From positions 1-64,000 of the IMG/VR virus record IMGVR_UViG_2767802080_000001: a DNA stretch of 64,000 bases. One strand, 5' to 3'. Below the pieces are notes generated by a model. The model saw only the letters and a program-made list of their open reading frames with translations. It was not told the DNA's origin and did not search any database. The DNA is from a virus. Taxonomy: Duplodnaviria; Caudoviricetes. Position numbers and translations under genes: made by a program. Shown here piece after piece: positions 56,501-64,000 of the stretch (position 1 is the first letter of the stretch; each line of letters opens with the position of its first letter).

Positions 56501-57396
56501 CACCGACTGCCGAGGAACTCCCGCCGGGATCAGGCGGCGTGCACTACAAGGACGGCCGCGTCTTCGGCTGGGTCGCCCAGGCCGGTGTTCCTCACGCGGG
56601 CTACCCGGGGAAGAACCTGACGATCGAGAAGCTGGTGAGGGAAGGGCTGGACACCACTCACTTCCTGCGGCAGAAGTTCGTCCTCGACGACGGCACCGCG
56701 GTTCGCGCGGGCGCCTTCACGATGAACGTGCCCCACCGGCGGGACGGCGCCGAGTGCGAGGACGCCGCCTGCCAGTTCGACGACACGCGCACCGTGGCCG
56801 GGGTCGTGACGTGCGGCCTGTCCGAGGGCGGCCTGTGGTTCACCGGTGCAGCCGCCCCGTGGCTGAGCGAGTGGGACATGCGTGTGTTCCTGGCCTGTCA
56901 GCCGTCCTACCACCTGATGCAGGCGGAACGCGGCAAGGGCTGGGAGCTGCGCGCCGTCCTGACCGTGCCGGTGCCCGGTCACTCGTCGGCCCTCGTGGCC
57001 GCCGCCGTCGACCGCGCGAACCTCGCCCTCGCAGCTTCTGCGGCCGCCGAGCAGGACGACGTCCGGACCGTGTCCGCAGACGCGTCCGTACTGAGTCCGG
57101 ATGCTGTCCGGACGACATCCACGGCCACCCCCGGCATGGCCGATGAGCAGGGCGGACACAGTCCGGACGCGGAGTACGGACAGTTTCCGGACGCGCGTGA
57201 GGTAGCCGATGCGGTGGTCGCCGCGATGCTCACCGACGGCGAGTTCCTGGACTACCTGAGCGCCGCCCTGGAGGAACGGGAGGCGGCGCGCGCGGAGATG
57301 GACGCGGAGATCGAGCGCCTCGCCGCACAGATCGACCCCGACACACAGCACGTCGCCGCCGCGCTCGTCGGCGGCCCGGCAGAGGGAGGCCAGTGA
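53560..57396 (+). CDS. MuF-like minor head protein fused to 2H phosphoesterase, wHTH and capsid-maturation-protease-like regions
   Basis: IARTE, KQW.TR.D.RVR..H, NCRC (MuF); HLTL...HVCA (2H); wHTH ~55770-55930; position between portal and capsid. Confidence 0.8.
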   Translation: MADDLEGALAAAEEDVAAEVRAILDDVAAEFAAELADATELVAARFSVSRIAGMWSRHVPRLMRRLFGAGETAARTAADSVDAQLPDDFEDLPARYDDGTLPTGLGEYAESTEHLLRAVGDRLAETAVRELATGLDAGEDIDALRARLRAVFDAEGAQLGETREERIARTEAARVWNAATLAAADALDGLERPLVKQWVTRRDSRVRDAHDAVDGFVRLLDDTFTVAGVPMAYPGDPTAPAALTVNCRCILRLQTAHRAAALESQDRLGGGLIKARPADAEHTAAADGSHRSGAMIALMPTEDDARRLAIEGGEPAEELHLTLYFLGEGADWTEDQRNELIGNLHASAAELGAPLHAFAFGAAHWNPASDTPSWVWNVGDDRDRPLDTPTLAYAHALATYALDTHERPELPVQHSPWAAHVCAAYSDDPALLGELVARTGPITFDRLRVAFAGEHTDIPLAPREEPMPDTTAAATPVRAWSTPDETAIAYEDEETGDGRIFARDSLYWDAPGPWPLQYADEMLMGHEGAELAGQIDTMGREGGRIPATGVLYATRPAGQDAIHLLEEGAPLGVSVDLDDVDMEVIDRTKTDDDGDVLVLAASLPSASVLRLADGAYMLSAATAGEWTADGGTLTRARHNVQLFTGPDGRISSAAFAAAFAGTGVLTAAAGDRDDPEQGTVVHTQHAGDVLMRITRARVRGATLVAMPAYSRARIVLDAAEETAAAAAPPALSASGDDHERVISYVRTSPVAVGARETSGAVGIGMNSARAHLARAAKAGRLVRLAPGLYAGPCTTMSDEQQAACRGLSAAASGDLDLPVHEDPDAAWDGDQAASRILAWATGEDGTVDADRLGAAFLYRDPDKDATTLAAYKLPFADLFPSGDGERLEVVARAVFAVAGVLQGAMGGVDLPEDERDSIRARVEQLYARLAEAYDDPSLTAPWDDGQDDDDEGMAASLAELEASAWSAMRDLPPMPARWFAAPTAEELPPGSGGVHYKDGRVFGWVAQAGVPHAGYPGKNLTIEKLVREGLDTTHFLRQKFVLDDGTAVRAGAFTMNVPHRRDGAECEDAACQFDDTRTVAGVVTCGLSEGGLWFTGAAAPWLSEWDMRVFLACQPSYHLMQAERGKGWELRAVLTVPVPGHSSALVAAAVDRANLALAASAAAEQDDVRTVSADASVLSPDAVRTTSTATPGMADEQGGHSPDAEYGQFPDAREVADAVVAAMLTDGEFLDYLSAALEEREAARAEMDAEIERLAAQIDPDTQHVAAALVGGPAEGGQ

Positions 57397-57593
57397 TGGG
57401 ATGCGGCTGCAACAAGAACAAGCGCGAGCAGTTCCAGGTGGTCACCGCGCAGGGAAGCGGGCGCGCCGTCTACACCTCCACCGCCCAGCAGACCGCGGTC
57501 AGCGTCAGCAGGCGCTACCCGGGCAGTGTCGTGAAGTCCACCAAGAGCGGCGACATCGTCCACCGCAACACCACACCGGCCGCCAAGACCTGA
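57396..57593 (+). CDS. Small basic MGCGC protein
   Basis: TGATG coupling; precedes the capsid gene. Confidence 0.65.
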   Translation: MGCGCNKNKREQFQVVTAQGSGRAVYTSTAQQTAVSVSRRYPGSVVKSTKSGDIVHRNTTPAAKT

Positions 57594-57710
57594 CGGCCGG
57601 TACCCTGTCCGATGCTCCGTCCCGCCGCAGGTCAACGCGGCGGGCTAACATCATCTCGACGCCGCTGGTTCTGGGCCGGGCCTCCACGTACACCGCCTGG
57701 AGACCCGCTC

Positions 57711-59402
57711 ATGACCGAGCCGAACGAGAGCACCGAGCACACCGAGTTCACCGTCCCCGAGGACTTCAGCGGCCTCCGCAACGAGCAGCTCGACGAACTC
57801 CTCACCACCGCCCGCGCCGAGTTCGGCACCCTGCGCGCCCAGACCTCCATCACGGACGGCGACCTGGAGCGCATGCGCTCCCTCGCCGCCGGTGTCCAGC
57901 GCATCCAGGTGGAGCAGGAGACCCGCGTCAGCGCCGCTCGCGAAGCGGCCGCTGAAATCGACTCCCTGGCCGCACAGGTCAACGGGGAGGAGGCGAACGC
58001 CCCGGAAGACGACGGCGCCAGCGGCGGCGAGGAGGAGGCCGCCGAGGTCACCGCAGCCGCCCCGGACGACGCCAGTACCGCCGCCGGTGAAGGCGATGCC
58101 AGGCCGGAGAGCGCCACGGCGGCGGCCGCGCCCTCGCGCACCTATGACCTGTCCATGGTCCGTCAGCGGCAGCCGCGTGTCCTCCCGCCCGAGCGCACCG
58201 TTGCCATCCCGCGGATCACCGCAGCTGTCGACGTCCCGGGCTACCGCGCCGGGGACGACATGACGCTCCAGGACCTGGTCCCGGGCACCATCCGCCGGGC
58301 CTCCTCGATCGTGAAGTCCGGGCACAAGTCGGGCCTGGTGGCGTCGTACCACCATCCGTTCCCCGAGGAACTGGTCGTCAACGACCCCGGCTCGGCGCCG
58401 GAGGGCTCCACCGTCGCCCTCCACGCCGCGCAGCAGGCCCGCCTGCCCAAGGGCGACCTCGTCGCCTCGGGCGGCTGGTGCGCCCCCTCCGAGACGCTGT
58501 ACACCTTCCTGGAGGTGTCCTGCCCCGACATGCTCTGGGACGCCCCCGAGATCCAGCTCGCCCGTGGTGGCCTCAGGTACTTCAAGACGCCGTCCCTCGA
58601 CGTCGCCGCGATGACGTGGGTGCACACCGAGGCCGACGACATCGCCGGGAACGAGAAGCCCTGCTACAAGATCCCGTGTGAGGAGCCGATCGAGTCCCGC
58701 TGTGACGCCGTCGGCATCTGTGTCGAGGCCGGCATCCTCACCCAGCGGCACTTCCCGGAGCTCGTCAGCTTCTACCTGAACCTGACGATGGTGGCCCACG
58801 AGATCCGCGTGAGGCAGCACCTCCTCGCGCAGGTCGCCGCCTCCGCCACCCCCGTGGTCATGCCGACGACCTTCGGCGCGCTCTCCGCCGTCTTCGACGC
58901 CGTCGCCCTCCAGGCCGCCGACATGATCGAGCGCCACAGCCTGTGCGACAACATCGCCCTCGAGGTGGTCTTCCCCTGGTGGTCGCGCAATCTCTTCCTG
59001 GCGGACCTGGCGCGCCGTAACGGCGTCAGGGTCGACGAGGTCACCGTCGCCGACGTACAGGCCCTCTTCACCCCGCTCGGCGTCCGCATCCAGTGGGCGC
59101 GCGGCATCGGCCCTGCGGTGCCCGGCGACATCGGCGGCCAGACCCCCGTCACCGCCTGGCCCACCGAGATCGAGTTCCTCATCTACCCGGCAGGCCAGAT
59201 CCAGATCGGCCGCGGCGCCGAGGTCAGCCTGGGCGTCGTCCACAGCCCGGAGCTGTTCCGGACCAACGACTACACCGCGGCGTTCTCGGAGGAATGCGTC
59301 ACGATCATCGACCGGTCCGTGGACACCCGCCTCGTCACCGTCCCCGTCTGCCCGAGCGGCGAGACCGGCGCGCAGACCCTCCTCACCTGCGCCGCCTCCT
59401 GA
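57711..59402 (+). CDS. Major capsid protein with N-terminal scaffold-like segment
   Basis: Acidic coiled-coil N-terminus, ASGGWCAPSE, RGGLRY, NDYTA.FSEE; followed by a hairpin. Confidence 0.85.
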   Translation: MTEPNESTEHTEFTVPEDFSGLRNEQLDELLTTARAEFGTLRAQTSITDGDLERMRSLAAGVQRIQVEQETRVSAAREAAAEIDSLAAQVNGEEANAPEDDGASGGEEEAAEVTAAAPDDASTAAGEGDARPESATAAAAPSRTYDLSMVRQRQPRVLPPERTVAIPRITAAVDVPGYRAGDDMTLQDLVPGTIRRASSIVKSGHKSGLVASYHHPFPEELVVNDPGSAPEGSTVALHAAQQARLPKGDLVASGGWCAPSETLYTFLEVSCPDMLWDAPEIQLARGGLRYFKTPSLDVAAMTWVHTEADDIAGNEKPCYKIPCEEPIESRCDAVGICVEAGILTQRHFPELVSFYLNLTMVAHEIRVRQHLLAQVAASATPVVMPTTFGALSAVFDAVALQAADMIERHSLCDNIALEVVFPWWSRNLFLADLARRNGVRVDEVTVADVQALFTPLGVRIQWARGIGPAVPGDIGGQTPVTAWPTEIEFLIYPAGQIQIGRGAEVSLGVVHSPELFRTNDYTAAFSEECVTIIDRSVDTRLVTVPVCPSGETGAQTLLTCAAS

Positions 59403-59422
59403 CCCCGCCTCAACCCCCGCAC

Positions 59423-59456
59423 GCGGCGGGCCCGAGTACCTGACCGGGCCCGCCGC
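59423..59456 (+). terminator. Hairpin after the capsid gene
   Basis: GCGGCGGGCCCG / CGGGCCCGCCGC perfect 12-bp stem. Confidence 0.65.
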
Positions 59457-59479
59457 ACCCCAATCCGAGAGGTGAGGTC

Positions 59480-60313
59480 ATGCCAAGCGTCGGACTCCGC
59501 CGCTACGTCGAGGCCGTCCCCGGCGACCCGCTGCCCCACGGCCTCCTCGGCGGCTGCACGCAGATCATCGACGTCACCGACCCCCACGAACTCCTCGGCA
59601 CCGAGTGGCGGCCCCTGTCCTGCGCGGACGCCCACACCACCACGTGGTGCCCCGGCGGCGACGAATCGCCCGGCCTGCCCGCGGAGAAGACGTTCGACCG
59701 GCCCGGGTTCTGCACGGCGCCGCCCATCACCGTCTACGCGGGCGCCGAGTGTTCCACCATCGGCTGGTCGTACGACGAGGCCGTGGAGCACGCGCGCGAG
59801 ACGCTGCGCATGGGCGAGCAGCGCGCCCTCGAAGAGTGGCTGATGAGCGAAGTCCTGTGCTCCATCGGCGACGACCTCACCCCGGCCGCGGGCGCCGTGT
59901 CCATCTCACAGGGTGTGGGCGCGCTGGAGAACTGGCTTGGCACCGAGTACGGCGGCCGCGGCGTGCTCCACATCCCCGTGGGCGCTGGCGCCCTGCTGGG
60001 CTGCTGCAACATCGTGCACCTGGTCGACGGCACCCCCGAGACCCTCGCGGGCAACTGCGTTGTCCTGGGCGCCGGATACGCCGTCAACGTCGGCCCACCC
60101 GACTGCACCGTGGCCGAGCCGGGCGAGACCTGGCTGTACGCGACGAGCCCCGTCCGCGTACGCCGCGAGGCCGTCGCACAGGTGCCGGACAGCGACGCGC
60201 AGAGCGTGCTCACGCGCACTAACGACCGCCTGGCCCTGGCCGAGCGCACCTTCGTCGTCGAGATCGCGTGCTGCCGGGCCGCCGCCATCCGCGTCCGGAT
60301 CTGCCCGGAATGA
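59480..60313 (+). CDS. Cys-rich head-associated/minor capsid protein
   Basis: Follows the MCP; EQRALE, G.LH, VVLGAGY, LAER motifs. Confidence 0.7.
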   Translation: MPSVGLRRYVEAVPGDPLPHGLLGGCTQIIDVTDPHELLGTEWRPLSCADAHTTTWCPGGDESPGLPAEKTFDRPGFCTAPPITVYAGAECSTIGWSYDEAVEHARETLRMGEQRALEEWLMSEVLCSIGDDLTPAAGAVSISQGVGALENWLGTEYGGRGVLHIPVGAGALLGCCNIVHLVDGTPETLAGNCVVLGAGYAVNVGPPDCTVAEPGETWLYATSPVRVRREAVAQVPDSDAQSVLTRTNDRLALAERTFVVEIACCRAAAIRVRICPE

Positions 60314-60327
60314 GAGGGAGGCAGCAC

Positions 60328-60840
60328 GTGAAGGACACCATCCGGGTCCAGCCCGCGGCGCGCCGCCGCCGCGAGTTCGCCGCGTGGGCCACGGCCCAGA
60401 CGCCGAAGATCCGCACCGTCTCCCCGAACACCTTCGCCGTCCCCGCCGCGCTGTTCGCGCAGGCGGACGAGGAACTCCTCATCGGCGCCCTCGTCGACGG
60501 CCAGCGGTACGTGTCGCCCGCCGAGGACCAGGAGCAGGGCGTCACGCCCCCGGCCGCCCCTGCCTGGCAGCCGCCCGAACTGCCGGCACTGACCGGGAAG
60601 CGCGGGCAGCCGCTCCCCGCCGTCCCGGACGAGGCGTACGGGCCCGATGCGGTCCCGCTGCCCCCGCCGGACTTCGCCCCGCTGGAGGACGCTCCCGTGG
60701 ACGAGACGCCCCCGGCCAGCGACTCAAGCGACCCAAGCCCTGACCCCGGCGCGCCCTGGTGCGGAGACTGCGGGCGCGCGTTCACCACCACCCGCGGCCT
60801 GGCCATGCACAGACGACTGAAGCATGCCGAAGGAGACTGA
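60328..60840 (+). CDS. Hypothetical protein with C-terminal C2H2 zinc finger
   Basis: CGDCGRAFTTTRGLAMHRRLKH. Confidence 0.7.
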   Translation: MKDTIRVQPAARRRREFAAWATAQTPKIRTVSPNTFAVPAALFAQADEELLIGALVDGQRYVSPAEDQEQGVTPPAAPAWQPPELPALTGKRGQPLPAVPDEAYGPDAVPLPPPDFAPLEDAPVDETPPASDSSDPSPDPGAPWCGDCGRAFTTTRGLAMHRRLKHAEGD

Positions 60841-60842
60841 CC

Positions 60843-63800
60843 GTGCCATCCCCGAACGGCTACCTGAGCGGCTTCAGTTACCTGGTCCACGACCGGCAGT
60901 CTTTCCGGACCACGCTCACCCACGACATCAACAGCCCGCCCTGGCTCCCCGGACAGGCGGGAAGCTACACGCTCGTCTGGGAGACCGGCCCGACAGCGGT
61001 AGGCCCCTGGACGGCAGCTCCGCTCACCGACCTCGGCGTGGGCTGTACCCCGCAGCCGGACAACGAGACCACCGTGGGCGGCGTCACGAGCACGGTCGTC
61101 CGCATCGGCGACCCGACCCCGGGCACCGGCACGACCGCGGACACCGACTACTTCGTGCGCGTCACCATCCTCGACCCCACCGACGTCCAGGTCGACCAAT
61201 GGGTCCTGGACAGCCCCGCGCACACCGAGGCCTACCCGGCCTTCGTCTGCGGCGGCGGGGCCACCGGAGAGACCAGCGCTGACGTCTTCCTCGGCGCCAC
61301 GGCAGGCCAGGTGAACATCTCCGCGCCCTGCAACGAGGACACCATCGTCTGGGAGCTCGCGACCACCCCGGGCGGCCCCTACACCGCCTCGCCGTCCGAG
61401 CCTGTGGACGGCCTGAGCCCAGGGCACACGTTCACCGGGCTGGCCGCGGGCACGACCTACTACTGGCGGGGGCGTCTCACCGAGCAGGCGGAGAGCGGCG
61501 GTGAGTACCTCGTCTCGCAGGAGTGCACGTTCACCACCGAGGCCGCCACCGCCTTCACCCCCGAGTGCAGCGCGGTCGGCCCGTTCACGACCACCAGCGG
61601 CCGCGTTGCCAGCACTGCCGACGGCGTGCCCGCGGACCACACGATCCTCCTCGCGCTCGGCACGGCCCCCGGCGGCCCGTACACCACCCTCTCCCCGGCC
61701 GCAGCGGGCACGGGCGCCACGAACCAGCCAGTGATCCACACGTACACGGGGTTGGCCCCGGCGACGACGTACTACTTCCGCACCGAGGTCCGTGACGCCG
61801 GGGACACGGTCGTCGAGTCGTCCACGGAGTGCTCGTTCACCACCGCCGCGCTGCCCGGCCCGTCGCCCTTCGACCCGCAGCCCTGCGACGCGGGCGCCGG
61901 GGCGGACGCGGTCGACGTCGAGCAGTTCGTGCTGTGCGACCTCGACGCGGAGGGCAACCTCCTCGGCACCGCCCTGGCGGTGTACGAGTACGACAGCGAG
62001 GGCAACCCGACCGGTGCGCCCACGTTCGTGGACCCAACGACCGGTGCCCCGTATGTGGCGCAGGGCACCCTCCAGCCGTGCCCGGACGCGGCGTGCCTGC
62101 CGCCCATGCAGTTCTGCCAGACGTCGACCACCACGGGCCCGGTCGACCACCCGGGCCGCCAGTACGACATCACCCTGCCGATCAACCCTGGCTTCGCGGT
62201 GCAGTCCCTCCAGGTCGACGCCGTCAGCCACGCGGCCGGGATCACCTGGGAGGTCGACGACCCGGACGGTGAGACTTTCCGGCAGAACCTGACCACCTTC
62301 ATGGAGGGGCGGGTTCCTGCGGCGGCCACGGTCACCATCACGAACCCGAACGCGGGCGTACCCCAGGTGTGCGGTGCGGCTCAGCCGATGACCGTGCATA
62401 TCGAGTGCATCCGGCTGGACGAGGATCCCCCGGACCTGATCGAACTCGTCTACAACGGCGGCCAGGACCTCATCCAGAACCCCGCCTACAACGAGTTCCC
62501 CCCGCTCAATCCGCCCGTGTCCCAGGGCAACTATGGCTTCCATCTCCTGTCGCGGCAGGACGACCCCGGGCCGTTCCCCGGGAACCCGCCCGCCGGTGAC
62601 GTCCTCTGTACGAGCGTCGCGAACCGCGGCTGGGAGACCAATGACGTCGGGCGTACCTTCGAGATCTGGGGTCAGGACGTCTCGAACGCCCAGAACACTA
62701 CGCCGACCCCGCGTGGAACTCCGGTGCAGGAGATCACTTCGGACGGCCCGCCGCCCGGTGGCCGCTCCACCATCTGGCAGACCTTCGTTGCGCCCGCGTC
62801 GGGCAACTTCATCATCCGCGTTGTCCACGGCGCCCGCGACAACGGCGAGCAGCACCGGATCACGCTGGACAACGGCGACACGAACGACGCCCAGAACGGC
62901 GACCTGATCGATGACATCAGCAACCCGCCGTCGGTCACGTCCTCGGGCGGCCCGAACCCGTGGACCCAGTTCTCCCAGACGATCCCGCTGAACGGCGGCA
63001 GCACCTACACGCTGGCCCTGTCCACGAACAACCCTGCGGGTGGCGCCCGCGGCGGCCTGTTCACTGACATGAGGGCTTTCATCGACAGGCCGGATCTGCG
63101 CGCGACCGCGACCACGGATGACGACACCTGCGTGGTCACGGTCGACGAGACGACCACGAACACCACGTGCTCGTACTGGCAGCCGCAGTGTGCGGGCGGG
63201 ACGGTCGTCGGCTGGCAGAAGACGGACACGGGCGAGTCGCTGACGAACGCCGAGTTCTGGGCGCAGGTCCCGTCGCCGTCTTGCTGTCTCCCGGACAGCG
63301 GTGGCGACGGCGGGGCCAGCTCCACGCTGTCCAACATGCTGACCTCGGACATCGTCTGTGCGACGGTCGGCGGGATCCCGCAGAACGCGATCCGGGTCAT
63401 GGTCACCGACCCGTCCGGCGGCACCCTCCAAACGCTGTTCGTGGGCACTGACGGCGCTCCGATCGCCCCCGACACCTGGACCCCCGGCGCGTGCACCACG
63501 AGCCGCTACCTGGCCGATGAGATCCTCTGTGACGACAACGGGCCGTTCCTACGGAAGTACGTCCAGAGCCTCGACGCGACCAACCAGGCGCAGGTCAACT
63601 CCTTCCGTGATTTCACGCTCGCCGGAGTTTCGTACACGCCAGTCGGCACCGTCGGCACCTGCGCCCCGCTCGACCGGGACCGGGAGGTCGTCTGCTGGAC
63701 GCAGAACAGCACTGGCGACCAGGTCCACACCGGCACCATCCGGCACGATGACTCCCTGCCTGCGCCCGGCTGGATCTTGTTCGACCAGCATCAGACGCCG

Positions 63801-64000
63801 GTCAACCCCGCCGAGCCCGGCCTCACCTTCGTGCCGTGCGAGGGGCGTGACAGCGAGTCGGTCATCCTGTGTGACTCGGCTGCCGTCCCGAACCGGTTCA
63901 TCCGCACCTACACGTACACCACGGCGGGCGCGGTCGCCGGGTTCACGGACACCACCCTCGCGGGCGCCCCGTTCGTGCCCACGGGGGCGGTAGGGGTCTG
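60843..64000 (+). CDS. Large Cys/Thr-rich virion protein with FN3-like domains (3' end beyond the window; absent from the ORF track)
   Basis: GTG after AAGGAG; reads MPSPNGYLSG...; GLAAGTTYYWR and GLAPATTYYFR FN3 motifs; repeated (V/I)LCD units; no stop seen. Confidence 0.8.
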   Translation, partial: MPSPNGYLSGFSYLVHDRQSFRTTLTHDINSPPWLPGQAGSYTLVWETGPTAVGPWTAAPLTDLGVGCTPQPDNETTVGGVTSTVVRIGDPTPGTGTTADTDYFVRVTILDPTDVQVDQWVLDSPAHTEAYPAFVCGGGATGETSADVFLGATAGQVNISAPCNEDTIVWELATTPGGPYTASPSEPVDGLSPGHTFTGLAAGTTYYWRGRLTEQAESGGEYLVSQECTFTTEAATAFTPECSAVGPFTTTSGRVASTADGVPADHTILLALGTAPGGPYTTLSPAAAGTGATNQPVIHTYTGLAPATTYYFRTEVRDAGDTVVESSTECSFTTAALPGPSPFDPQPCDAGAGADAVDVEQFVLCDLDAEGNLLGTALAVYEYDSEGNPTGAPTFVDPTTGAPYVAQGTLQPCPDAACLPPMQFCQTSTTTGPVDHPGRQYDITLPINPGFAVQSLQVDAVSHAAGITWEVDDPDGETFRQNLTTFMEGRVPAAATVTITNPNAGVPQVCGAAQPMTVHIECIRLDEDPPDLIELVYNGGQDLIQNPAYNEFPPLNPPVSQGNYGFHLLSRQDDPGPFPGNPPAGDVLCTSVANRGWETNDVGRTFEIWGQDVSNAQNTTPTPRGTPVQEITSDGPPPGGRSTIWQTFVAPASGNFIIRVVHGARDNGEQHRITLDNGDTNDAQNGDLIDDISNPPSVTSSGGPNPWTQFSQTIPLNGGSTYTLALSTNNPAGGARGGLFTDMRAFIDRPDLRATATTDDDTCVVTVDETTTNTTCSYWQPQCAGGTVVGWQKTDTGESLTNAEFWAQVPSPSCCLPDSGGDGGASSTLSNMLTSDIVCATVGGIPQNAIRVMVTDPSGGTLQTLFVGTDGAPIAPDTWTPGACTTSRYLADEILCDDNGPFLRKYVQSLDATNQAQVNSFRDFTLAGVSYTPVGTVGTCAPLDRDREVVCWTQNSTGDQVHTGTIRHDDSLPAPGWILFDQHQTPVNPAEPGLTFVPCEGRDSESVILCDSAAVPNRFIRTYTYTTAGAVAGFTDTTLAGAPFVPTGAVGV

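Larger units (their letters stand above)
1..64000 (+). mobile_element. Temperate actinophage prophage (left part; att sites and tail/lysis genes lie outside the window)
   Basis: Contiguous integrase, repressor/Cro, recombination, replication, terminase, portal and capsid modules with overlapping (A/G)TGA junctions; WhiB and high GC point to an actinomycete host. Confidence 0.95.

Noticed and set aside
60219-63431. 1070-aa minus-strand ORF
   Set aside because: Antisense shadow of the GC3-biased plus-strand gene starting at 60843; low-complexity Arg/Gly/Val translation

Overview
The whole window is the left ~64 kb of a high-GC temperate actinophage (prophage), most likely of a Streptomyces-like host. 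It begins exactly at the integrase start codon and ends inside a virion gene. Gene order: tyrosine integrase; divergent repressor/Cro switch with palindromic operators; excisionase-like gene; YqaJ-RecT recombination pair; DnaQ exonuclease; RusA; WhiB; replication initiator with internal iterons; many small early genes; a block of spread(Spd)-like membrane genes; an accessory regulon (LPD29, PP2C phosphatase, DUF3560) driven by three near-identical promoter/operator arrays; a nine-gene enzyme cluster just before the terminase; terminase; a moron region with an IS21-like non-autonomous cassette and two SOS-box genes; then portal, a MuF/2H/protease fusion, major capsid and head-accessory genes. 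The best candidate for an undescribed system is the 37.6-45.9 kb cluster: two ParB-like proteins, GP88, a DegT aminotransferase, myo-inositol-1-phosphate synthase, two PP-loop/PAPS-reductase-like proteins, an IbrB-like ParB and a cupin. It could make and install an amino-inositol (aminocyclitol) modification, plausibly on phage DNA. All family assignments come from motif recognition by eye, not database searches. Start codons were chosen from RBS position and gene overlaps.
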